Source: Macrostomum lignano (Eukaryota). From it: a DNA stretch of 64,000 nucleotides. The notes below the pieces were generated by a model that saw only the letters and a list, made by a program, of their open reading frames with translations, was not told the origin of the DNA and searched no databases. Below, piece by piece: positions 23,062-34,261 of this stretch. Within the stretch, counting starts at the first letter, position 1, and each line of letters opens with the position of its first letter. The translations under genes and the position numbers were made by a program. The DNA lies in NCBI GenBank assembly GCA_002269645.1, contig NIVC01002119.1:62001-126000 (forward strand), given 5' to 3'.

Positions 23062-24383
23062 AATTTATTTTAATTTATTATTTTATTTTATTTAAACCTG
23101 AAAAAATTCAGGGCAAAAAAATTCTATTTGCTAAAAAAATTCAAATTAAAAAATCTCTAACTATTGAGGATTCAAACCCTTGCTACTCAAAATCACAAGA
23201 CAATTGACATATCCACTGAGTCACCAATTGCTTGTGAGAAAGCCCTATAGAACACGCATTTTGCCGTTTTATATCGATGATTATTGCTGTGCCCATAAGC
23301 TCAAATATTATAGACACGGCCACTGTGCCTATAAGTACTCTGTAAATAATAACCAATACTAATGTAATGGGCAAGTTATATATATATATATAACATATAC
23401 ATATAGTTTAAATGAAGCATGTTATTTAAGATTATGGTCAATAAGTAAAAAGAGAAAACTCAATTTGAATAGGTCTATTCTATATATGAATTGGCTCATT
23501 CCATATAAGCATGGTCGTAACATGACAGGTTATTTTTACTTATAAAATGAAATCTAATAATAGAATATACTAAACCAATATTTTAAATGAAAGATTATTT
23601 TGTCTAGAATATATTTATAGAGTTTCATATAGATATCATCATTAGTATAGATGCTATTAAACCTTAAATGACACTTATGGTCGTAACGACAGGATTTTTG
23701 ACATATAGAAACTAAAAGGTAAAAGTCTTATAACATTTTTCATTTTTGATATTTTGCAATACATTTTTAAAATTTGACTAAGAACATCTTTAGAAATCAT
23801 ACTCTTTTATTAGAATATATAAACTCAAAAGGCAACAAAGATACAAAAGAAAAGGCAGCCTTATGGTTGTAACATTATGGTCGTGACATATTTTTTTCTG
23901 TCAATTCAGTAACTTTGAGGTAGGCCCCTACTAATACATTAAAAATATAATAGATTATTTAGTCACCAATGCTTTTATCTGATGATGCAAGTACTATACT
24001 TTTATCTATAGTTTGTTTCAACCTTCAAAAGCTTTCTATTTGTTTTTAAAAGGTACAAAATCTTAATGATGTCTTTTGCTTCGAAAAATGTCCAAATTTT
24101 TACAAAAATGACTTTTTGCCAATTGATAACATACTAATCCAACATTTTACCATTCCTTTATTCTTAGATTGTATATATTGCACAATATAAACATTTGGTA
24201 AAAAAATAGGCTAATTAGGCAATGGCAAGCAAAAATATTGACTTTTTTCTATTTTCCAAATATGTCCATCTTATATGGAATGAGCCAATTGACTTCATAC
24301 AAATACAAGCCAGGGTTTTTGTTGACATGATTTGTATCAGGTTCAATCTGAATTTAATATGGTCTAAGATGCAGAAAACTTAC

Positions 24384-24506
24384 AGCAATCACATTGACGA
24401 ATGTTGTCTTTCCTGAATTTTGAAGACCAACAAGTGTCAACTCCATTTCTTCCTTCCAAAAAAGGCTCTTAATCCAATCCAAGATTCGCTGGACAAGGGC
24501 AAACAT
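24384..24506 (-). CDS. ARL8: ARL8, exon 1
   Basis: [41 protein letters not shown]: ARL8 amphipathic helix plus P-loop. Donor GTAAGT, phase 0, joins exactly to SGQF of exon 2. Confidence 0.95.
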
Positions 24507-27500
24507 TTTCAGAGAAACGGTTCTAATATAATAGTACGATTACAACTGACTTTAGAAAATTAGTAACCAGCTGCCAAACTGTCGAAGTTCAATTAGAAAG
24601 TTAAATACAGACACAAAGTTAATTAAGAGTAGGATTAAATAAATAAGTATAGGTGCTATTATAATGTGAAACTAGCCTGTGTTTTTACTGACTTTAAATT
24701 ATCACATACAAGATAAAAATCTTTTTTACCGACACTAACTTTAATTTATTTAACTGCATAAACATATTTAGAAGCAAAAGTTTCAATAGTTAGCGGCTAG
24801 CTTTTGTCTTTGGTTTTAGTTATATTTGTTTAGCATAGCTATTCGTGAGTTAATACCGGCAGTTAAATTAAGTTCTTAATATAAAAAGAGCGACGTTAAA
24901 TCGACGAAGTGAAAGTCTTTACCGAAAAAGATCTAGAATCCTCTTTGATAAGAAAATTATATCTACTTATCCAGAATACAAATTTCGCTCATGAATTTTA
25001 ACTTTTACGATAAATATTGTGCATATATTGTGACCGAAATGTCACGAAAAAATAGCTCGTATTATTGACAATTGCATGGGCATAAAGTAATCCTCAAAAT
25101 AACACATATCTCATCATATATTCAAATTATTTTTCATTTTTTAACTACTTTCCCAAGAATTACAACGAACTAATTCAAAGGCATCGACTGTTTGATCGAC
25201 ATCGACTGCAAAAAATTGGCGCAAGTATATGTAAGTTTGTCTGAGTTTAAATTCAAGTTTAACTATCAACAGTACTCCTCTAATATGTACTGCGTGGCAA
25301 CCGGTAGTTTCAAAAAATAAATTGTTCTATCTACATGTGTTTTTTGTTCTTGTAGCTATTTTTTCAATAATGGGCTTAAGAAATGCTGGCGAAAATTCGC
25401 CAGTGAAAAACTTCTGCTGAAGCTTATAAAATTGATGCAAAACACAATAATTATACTAGTTGATATTCTTATATGCGTTTTTAAATGAGAAAAAGCGGAA
25501 AAAAACTTCGCCACCCTTTCGCCAGCCAGCCAGCAATTTCGCCGGCTTTTCGCCAGCACTGTTTTCTCTGGGTTTTTCGCCTTTTTTTCTCAACAGGGCA
25601 AAAACTCGACCAGAAAATCCAGTCAAGAAAACGCTCTCAGAAAGAAGATACTAAAGAAATACATGTACGCATACATGCATGTACATGAATATACAACACT
25701 GTGGCGGCCCAATCAGCACGCAGCCAGCGATTGCGAGTACATCTGCACTGAAACCCCCTGCCCGCCAGGCTGGGGGGTGGGTGTACTCGGACAGACAGGC
25801 AATATGCTAAGTCGGGGGGTTGGCCTTCAATCGTGCCACCTTCTTGGCGCACCTCCCCATGTGATCGCGTGCTTATTTATACCCGACGCGTAAAGCTAAT
25901 AAACTTTTACTTTTCTCGCTTGCAACTTACTTCGTTTTCGCAAGCCGCTAAAACACATAGGAAAAAAGAAAATTAGTATAGCAATGAGACAGCAACAGCA
26001 ACTGTAGAATTTCAATGCATGCGCTTTCGTGTCATTAGTTTAAACGTTTTTTCAAGTGACAGACCAATTTAACATGAAAAATCGATTAATGCGTCGTTAG
26101 AGCAGCATGTGAGGCACAAAATAGTGTGATTAGAACTTTCTCTGACACTGTTAAGAGACTCAATCACTGTTTTAGTGTTGAAAATCGTGAAATTTCCTAT
26201 CTCCGTAGTGTATTTTTCCGGTGAAACCTGCCTTTAAAACTATTTCTGAACGAAAAGCTTTATGAATATCGATAGAGCAATAAGAAAGGCACAACATATG
26301 CTTCAAAGCTTCAAAAGATGAAGACTGGATCTGCCTCCTATCAAAAGCAATAACAATTTTTGTGCTGAAAAAATTAAAACCTATCTCTATAGTGTATTTT
26401 TTGGCGAAAAGTTGCCTTCTAAACATTTACCATAGACTTCGAGTGTTGCGTCCTAAATATGTTACTTGAGTAGTCCTTGGTTTTTCACTGCAAAAACTTC
26501 GTGAGTTTTTTGACACAGCTTGAGTAATTGAATCCCAATTGCAAAATGATAATAGAGGGACTGCAACCGTCATTCGAGTAAATAGCTGCACGAAATCAAT
26601 TCGCAAACGTACGGTATCAAAACTTTCAACAGCCACACGCTATACTCCATGCAGTTTCTATAGCAAGTTAGCAGCAAGAAGACGTGCTTTTTAATTAATT
26701 TGATTTTGCGGATGGATGCCCCAGTGTGTGCGCAAGTTGCCTCAATTTTTCACTAATAGCTGAAGCTTGCTCAGCTGTATACAAAGCTCAGAAAAACAAA
26801 TCCTGCTTACTATATAAGGCCATGAGCTGCCGGCGTGCATGGTCTAAGAATTTAATCTCTTTATTCTGTTTTTATGCCTAGTCAAGCTGCGGCAGTTCTC
26901 TCGCCCGATCCCCAGCTTGAGCCGGCTTCCGTCCCCGATCTCTATTTTTGCCGCGGTTCATCCAACGCCCGTGTGTCGGCAAACAGGAATATGAAAACTG
27001 AATGCTGATGACTGAAAGAGGAAGGAACAGAGGAGACCAACGAATGAGGTCGGAGAAAGAAGAGGAGGAGAGGAGACAGATAGGCCGGGAGCGCATGCAC
27101 TAGTCGCTCGATTCCCTGTCCCCATCCGTCAGGACTGGGGGAGGAGGCTGGCTGGACGTGAGCTGGGCCTCGGGGAGGTTTCAGAGTCCAGTGGGCGGCT
27201 GTCGGCTCCAGATAGTCGGAAGGTGCGGGAAAGGGAGAGAGATATTGGGGCAGAGAAATCGGACTCGAAGGCAGCGCGCTTTCTCCCATCCTGCTCTCGA
27301 CCGGCATTCCATTCGCCCTCCCCCAGAGCCTACACCCTCCCGACCGCCCTCACCTGCAGCGCACAGATGAGCCCATAAGCTCGTCTCAGCCATCCGTGGC
27401 CTCTCCTGCAGCCCAGTTTCCTCCGCAGCTCGCCTGCGCAAGCTTCCAAAATCTCAGAGCCCGTGTTGCTCTCTCAAACACCGTGACAGTTGCACCGCAC

Positions 27501-28144
27501 AGCAATCATGGAGCGCTCCAGCGTGACAACAACACCAGAGACAGTGAGAGCAAGCCCTGATCTTACTGAGCAAACCTGAGCTCTGAGCTCGTCAATCTTT
27601 TGTCGCAAATCCTAATTTTATTCTGTTCTTCACTTTTGAGTCAAAAATGTTTGTGCTCAGACGGGAGTGCATCAGATTTCAAATGGTTCAGCTCAGCCTT
27701 GCCAAGAGCTAATTTTAACCGAAATATAAAGCTGTTCAAGGCAGGGCTAACGCCTGCCTGCTTCGGTCGCTACATCCTACATTTGAGAACAAGCACGCTG
27801 TCCTCCCGCCCCCCCCCTCCTCCGAGGCTGAAGGGATTCGATTCCCTAAAGGATTTGGATCTCTCGCAATAAAGACATTGGCATCAAATTTTAATCGTAA
27901 AGGACCTCCCGCTCTAGCTCGCTGTCGCTATCTCTGACGACAGTCTCTCTGTTCCTCATCACTGTTGCTGCCCGCCTAATCTTACCCCGAGCTCTTTATC
28001 CCAGGATATTCCCCTTTAGAATAATCTAGTTACGCATGAGTTGCCTAATTTTCCCATTTCCTATGCAGCCGCTCTCGAGCTGTGAAAGCGGCTGGATTCG
28101 GATTTCGGTGCACCGAAAATTGTTGAATGGAAATCCAGCTGGCC

Positions 28145-28667
28145 CGCTCGCAATGATCAGCATAAACAGATTGATGAGCTGTAGGAAACCGAGACTCAAT
28201 TCCGCTCGCAATGATCAGCATAAACAGATTGATGAGCTGTAGGAAACCGAGACTCAATTCCGATCGCAATGATCAGCATAAACAGATTGATGAGCTGTAG
28301 GAAACCGAGACTCAATTCCGCTCGCAATAATCAGCATAAACAGATTGATGAGCTGTAGGAAACCGAGACTCAATTCCGATCGCAATGATCAGCATAAACA
28401 GATTGATGAGCTGTAGGAAACCGAGACTCAATTCCGCTCGCAATGATCAGCATAAACAGATTGATGAGCTGTAGGAAACCGAGACTCAATTCCGCTCGCA
28501 ATGATCAGCATAAACAGATTGATGAGCTGTAGGAAACCGAGACTCAATTCCGCTCGCAATGATCAGCATAAACAGATTGATGAGCTGTAGGAAACCGAGA
28601 CTCAATTCCGCTCGCAATGATCAGCATAAACAGATTGATGAGCTGTAGGAAACTGAGACTCAATTCA
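28145..28667. repeat. 58-bp minisatellite (CGCTCGCAATGATCAGCATAAACAGATTGATGAGCTGTAGGAAACCGAGACTCAATTC), ~9 copies, upstream of the GPCR
   Basis: Unit recurs at 28145, 28203 and onward. Confidence 0.96.
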
Positions 28668-28809
28668 GAGTCAGGTTGAAACCAATACGAATTCTCGTAA
28701 ATTCTAAAAAAGCTGGAAAAAATTTTTCAAAGTGTCATTTCTCTGTCACAAGCACTTCATTTCCCTTCATGCGTCTCAGAAAATCACGCTGGACGCCAAT
28801 GGGGACGGC

Positions 28810-29301
28810 ATGTCCGTGTTCCAAAATCCTCGCTTCCGCCTGTGCGCTCACCACTTGAATGCCGGCAGCCAGGCGGCCGAAGCCATGCCGATGTACAACT
28901 TCTTCGTGTGCCTCAACGACTCGCGCTATACGAAGATCTTCAGCGACATGGAGCGGGGCATCAGCGACCGGCGCGACCGCGGCCTGCCGATCCTGGCCGC
29001 CATCATCGGAGTCTACTGTCTATTCATCCTGTTCGGTGCGTTCGGCAATGGCCTCGTCATGCTGACTGTGTGCCGCAACCGGGCCATGCGCACCGCCCGG
29101 AACCTCTTCATATTCAACCTGGCCCTGTCCGACTTCATTCTGTGCCTCTTCACGCAGCCGCTCAACCTGCTGCGCCTGTTCCCCGACTACATCAGCTGGG
29201 AATTTGGCGAGCTTCTCTGCAAAGTGGTCAACACTCTCACCGGTCTCAATATGTTTGTGTCCACGTTTTCGATTACAGCCATCGCACTGGACCGCTTCCA
29301 G
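28810..29301 (+). CDS. NPFR: Neuropeptide F / NPY-type class A GPCR, exon 1 (TM1-TM3)
   Basis: GAFGNGLV (TM1 GN), RTARNLFIFNLALSD (TM2 LAxSD) and SITAIALDRFQ (DRY variant) closely follow invertebrate NPF receptors. Donor CAG|GTGAGT. First ATG at 28810; an acceptor at 28778-28779 may add upstream sequence. Confidence 0.9.
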
Positions 29302-30727
29302 GTGAGTAGATGATGGAGTGGCTGTTTAGACTGTCTGATTGAGGGTTGGCCAACGCCAACTTGTATTGAGCCTTGGTGAATTCTGCGCCACTATGTTCTC
29401 AAAGGCAACCAGTTAGGTTCTCCATTGGCGGATGCATGCGGAGGATTGCCTTCGAACTCAAGAGCAGCCTCTATCCCTCAGTCTCCATGCTCATGACATC
29501 AAAGCCAGCCAGTTCTTGAGTGGCACTTTAACTTCAATACAAAGAGAATAGTTTGAGGTTGGAAATGAGAGGTCAGCTTCTACGAGTATCGTAACGAGAC
29601 TTTTAGGACATTAGGACCTTATGAACTAAAAGTAGCAAAGAGCCTAAGCTATTATTGCTGCATGCTCATATGCTAGTGACGATTCGAGTCCAAGAAAGCT
29701 CGATAGCAGAAAACAGTGAGTCAGTCAGTTCATATTTCGTTGTCCAGTGCGAGATTCCTTGCCATCAACGGTAAAGGCTGTTCATTTTACAATGCGTTCG
29801 CACGGCCTTTCTCATTATTTGTGACTGATACGATGACAGCGTATTGTGGATGGTGGGCAGGGAAATTCTTATTCTTAGACTAAGAAAAAATCCGAGAAAA
29901 ACTGTCCAACTAAAAAACCCTATATACTACTACCGAGATATCTGGATTTGAAACAAGTATATGTTTAACAGTAGAAAGACCATGGGGGTGTATTTCAAGT
30001 ACACACATTTTTCCTTTGTCTGTATCTCCGAAAATATTCAACCAATTGCCATGAAAATCCAGAACACGGGCTAAAATTTTCCACTCTATTCAATGGAGCA
30101 ACTTTGAGAATCACAAAAAATCGGCATCGTCGAGATATTCAACGATTCTCCTCGGGGTGTCTGGTGACAAAAAACACCAACATTAGCAATTTTTTCTGCT
30201 CACAAAATCTCACAAAACCGTCGGGACCTTCGATTCAACAAAAGCACCCGATCGGCATCTCAGAGGCGGCTGCGTTCCCAAAACTGAAATGGAATAATCC
30301 TCTTCTGCATGCAGCATTCAGTCAGTAGACACAATCGGTGAATGAAATGGACGATGGCTACTCTCTAGGCTGACCTTTAGACATACAGGCGACCTTCAGG
30401 ACCTTCAACGGAGTGCCACCTTGCGGCCCCGACGAGCTGGCACCCCCAACATCGTGATTTTTCTATCAAGGCACCAAACCAGACATGTCTGCATATTATA
30501 CAATGGTCCTGCACCATGTTCAGCATTCAGCTCTGTCTGGACGACCTTCAGGACCTTCAACGGAGTGCCACCACGCGGCCCCGATGAGGTGGCACCCCCA
30601 ACATCGTTTTTATATTAAGACACCAGACCAGGCATGTCTGCATATTATACAATGGTCCTGCACCATGTTAAATTGGAGAGTTACAGATTTAACTCGCGAC
30701 TGAAAAATATAAAATATATAATTTGTA

Positions 30728-30832
30728 AAAAATGATATTACAGCATGTCAAAAATGATATTACAGCATGTCAAAAATGATATTACAGTATGTCAAAAATG
30801 ATATTACAGCATGTCAAAAATGATAGTACAGC
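30728..30832. repeat. 22-bp tandem repeat (AAAAATGATATTACAGCATGTC) x5 inside the piggyBac
   Basis: Direct reading. Confidence 0.9.
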
Positions 30833-30953
30833 AAATTCAAAGCAGAAGGATCTGAACACCGACACATAGACACAAAAGCGGAGTTAATTTTCATCGCAGT
30901 GTGTCTTCGGCAAATTCCTTCGTCACACATGCAACACTTCCTTGTTGTCGCAC

Positions 30954-32129
30954 TCAAAGCTTCTCGTCCTTTGACTTTTGTCTCGCGCATGTTGCACAGC
31001 GCTTTCTGCCACCAACTGACACCACAGCCGCCGCTTCACATGCCTGTTCCTTAATTTGCTCCTCGTCTATTTGACAAGCTGCGAGCTTGAACATCAGCCG
31101 GTGATGATCGGACAGATTCTGAAGAAGAGCTGCCGATTGCGAGCGCTCCTCGATCAGAGGTTGCAGAAGTTGCGCAGCTGCCTTGCGCTGGAACTCGTTG
31201 CGATAGTTCGGCGAGGGGCAGAGCTCCGGGTGCGCCTGTCTCCAGATAGCAGCGGCATTCACAGCTGCTATGTTGAGTATGCCGCCGGAGAAGATTGCCT
31301 TCTCGCATGATGAGTCGGACTTTCGCTTGCAGTCGGATGTGCGGAAAATCCTGTTGCAGGTGTCCGTGCCACTCTTGGTAGAATTGTAGAACGTGCCTAT
31401 TTCTACAGGCTTGCCATTGGGAAGCAATTTCTGTCGTGATGCATGGTGGACAGCAACATCACGTTTCGGCCCGCCTTGGGGCAGTTGGACACACACGTGA
31501 GTTCCTCAGAAAACCGGAATTCGCTCGTGTGTGGAGCCATGGTTTTAGTTGTATTCTTGAGATCGGCTGGCAGGCCACCACAAGTGCGCATCACTGTTCC
31601 AAGAAACGAGAATCCCATTTCTCGGTACAAGTGATTGACCAGCGCAGGACTCGAGAAGAATCTGTCACATGTGATGTTGTACCAGTGTCCTTTGAATGGA
31701 TCAGCCAAGCGGCAAACAACTTGCTCACCACTCCACACCTCGGAGCCCTTGGCCAGCCGAGCATCAAATCCCTGTAATGCAAAAGTAGTGGACAGCAGTG
31801 TCCTTTGCCAGTGCAGATTTCCGCATTGAACACATAGCGGATGTCCATGTCATCCTGAATCTTTGGTTTCCCAGCCGATGTCAGCAGGAACAGCTTGGCA
31901 CCATTGCGACGGGCTTCTCCTTCAGAAAGACCGTGAAGTCACAATCCACACCCCAGTAGACAACCAGAGTTTCGTCGACGCAGAGGTAGGCCCGAAAAGG
32001 ACAGGATGGCTCAGCTGGCTGACAAAGGTGTCGGATGCCGTAGAATTTGTCCGTTGTGGCAGTCCGCTGACGATGTTCGGCAGTTTCGAATTTAACATGG
32101 TGCTGGACCATTGTATAATATGCAGACAT
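30954..32129 (-). pseudogene. Frameshifted piggyBac transposase
   Basis: Fragments in successive frames: DKFYGIRHL...LCVDETL (D1), GAKLFLL...YVFNAEICTGK, NITCDRFFSS (D2), FLGTVMR, NVMLLSTMHHD, FYNSTKSGTD (D3), ILNIAAVNA, GRKRCATC (start of the Cys-rich tail). Confidence 0.88.
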
Positions 32130-32902
32130 GCCTGGTTTGGTGTCTAGATAGAAAAATCACAATGTGGGGGGTGCCAGCTCGTCGGGGCCGCAAGGTGGCA
32201 CTCCGTTGAAGGTCCTGAAGGTCGCCTGTATGTCTACAGGTCAGCCTAGAGAGTCGCCATCGTCCATTTCATTCACCGATTGTGTCTACTGACTGAATGC
32301 TGCATGCAGAAGAGGATTATTCCATTTCAGTTTTGGGAACGCAGCCGCCTCTGAGATGCCGATCGGGTGCTTTTGTTGAAGGTCCCGACGGTCACCGCCG
32401 ATGCTCCAGACGGAGATGAAGGAGACCCTGGTGTCTGTGATGCTGAGAACAAAGGCTTCTGCGACAGATGGACCCAGATTATTGAGCCAATATGGATATA
32501 CCATAAAGATTTATACAGTGTAGTGTTAGTTGTCCTTGCCACCAGTGTCTTAGACAAGAATCGTTGAATATCTCGACGATTCTGACGTCGGATGACTTTG
32601 AAAGTTAGTTCGTCGGAAAGGGCGGAAAATTTTGATCGATATGGTGGACTTTTACAAAAATCAGTAATTCGGTTTGCGAGATATCGTGAAATGGGTCGTG
32701 TGTATTTGTAATGCACCCCATGGTCTTTCCCCATGGGAAAAATAGCGTGGTCTTTCTACTGTTAAGGGAAGTCATCCAAGAACTGAGCATCGAACACAGT
32801 ACAAAGAGAAGGGAAAATTTAGGTGCCCAAAGCTTGGATTATACAGCACGACAGCTCATACTCTATCAGCCACAACTTTACATGCCTCATCTTAACCTGC
32901 AG

Positions 32903-33379
32903 GTGATCGTGTACCCAACTCGCACCAGGATGGAGCGGCGCACCATGGCTCTGTGCCTGCTGGCCATCTGGGGCGCCGCTGGCATGATGGCCAGCCCGCT
33001 GTTTCTGTTCGCCACCATCGAGCAGAACCGGCTGCAAAATCAAAAGCCGCTGAACATCTGCAGCGAGACAACTTCGCGAATTTTCATCCGATATGCTAAG
33101 CTAGCTTACGGCAGCGGTGTGATGGTGGTGCAGTACCTGGTACCTCTGGGCATTGTGGTGGCTGCCTATGCCAGAATCTGCGTCCGCCTGCAGCACCGGA
33201 TGCGCAGCCTGAAGCAGCGGGGCGACCACCGGTCCGCCTACCAGGCCAACCGAGAAGCCGCCGAGGCCGTGCGGCAGCGCCGGGCCAACCTGCTGCTGGT
33301 CACCATCGCGGTGGTGTTCAGCCTGTCCTGGCTGCCCCTGACCATCATCAACATTGTGCACGACGTTCGCGTCCTGAAA
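32903..33379 (+). CDS. NPFR: NPF/NPY-type GPCR, exon 2 (TM4-TM6)
   Basis: CTGCAG acceptor, phase 0. VIVYPTR continues the NPFR-typical DRxQVIVYPTR. Also contains VQYLVPLGIVVAAYARI (TM5) and VVFSLSWLPL (TM6). Donor AAA|GTGAGT. Confidence 0.92.
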
Positions 33380-33447
33380 GTGAGTAGAAGACCCTTGATC
33401 TTGGCTGACTCGGTTCTGCGACAATTGACAACCACAAATCGACTGCT

Positions 33448-33528
33448 GACCTTAACCCTAACCTAAATCTAAACCCTAAACCTAACCTAAACCCGGCCTA
33501 AATCCCAACTCTAACCTAAACCCTAACC
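33448..33528. repeat. Degenerate telomere-like (CCCTAA/CCTAAA)n tract
   Basis: CCTTAACCCTAACCTAAATCTAAACCCTAAACCTAACCTAAA...CCCTAACC. Confidence 0.6.
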
Positions 33529-34261
33529 GTAGACTACGAGTAAATCGGCAGTCAAATGATGGTATCCAGGCTGACTCACTCATGGACAACTAAAGTAGAT
33601 GGGCGGCTACAATACCAAATAATATCAAGTTCACTAAGACAAGAAGCCGGTTTAGATGTAAAATGCATTTGTGAGACTGTGATTTCTTAAACTACAGTGA
33701 GAACGGAAACTGACAAACAAGCAAATTTTTTTTATTAGAGGCAGGGGGGTTGTGTGCACCCTGGCGCACTTTAAGCGTCATTGGCACACAACCGGCGAGA
33801 GGCACTACTGCCCATTCCGCCGACTCCCCTGAGCAGGCATACAAGCGCGCGGATACGTACGCAGGCACACACTCACACAGAAGTGTACAGCGGCCCTAAC
33901 TTTATATTATCGTTAGGCATGTGCACTTCACTGCGCCTTGGGGGGTTGGCTCTCAAGGCCGTTAATTGCACGAGCAGAGCCAAGCCGAGATTCAATTCAG
34001 CCCCAAATTAATGTGACTGCACTTGGAATCGAGACTGGGTCGCTGGCACACCTGAGCCTGCGCTAGACCGCTGGGCTACGGCCCCACATGACAAACAAGC
34101 AAAAGTTCCACAAGAAAGTTTTACTGTTCGAATCTCTTTAGCGCTTCTTTCCAAGCAGACTTTTACTGGCTGGTTCTGTCTTGGGTAAAACCCTTCTTGT
34201 ATTGTTTGAGGAAACATCTTTACGTGTAGTTTTAGAGAAAGCGGAGTTGCCAGACTAAAAT

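Larger units (their letters stand above)
20400..25400. other. Strongly AT-rich island covering most of ARL8 intron 1, exon 1 and upstream DNA
   Basis: Visibly far lower GC than the flanks, with long A/T runs and no GC-rich minisatellites. Boundaries are approximate. Confidence 0.85.
29969..32761 (-). mobile_element. Degenerate piggyBac (PGBD4-like) transposon in GPCR intron 1
   Basis: TTAA at both 29965-29968 and 32762-32765. 14-bp perfect TIR CAGTAGAAAGACCA / TGGTCTTTCTACTG. Transposase remnants lie on the minus strand. Confidence 0.9.

Noticed and set aside
20400-25400. AT-rich block as simple foreign contamination
   Set aside because: It contains the only ARL8 exon 1 in the window, in the correct strand, order and phase for the GC-rich exon 2. 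A chimeric join cannot be formally excluded without reads.
28026-28269. Hydrophobic ORFs (LSLGFLQLINLFMLII) as a possible signal peptide or the missing ARL8 exon 1
   Set aside because: They derive from the 58-bp array, and the true ARL8 exon 1 was found at 24384-24506.
28732-28809. Track start of the GPCR at 28732 (also CYP-B 48805, CYP-C 54398, and 57515)
   Set aside because: The first three are GTG/TTG starts. For the CYPs, paralogue alignment supports the downstream ATGs. For the GPCR and the 57515 ORF, a splice acceptor lies between the track start and the ATG used.
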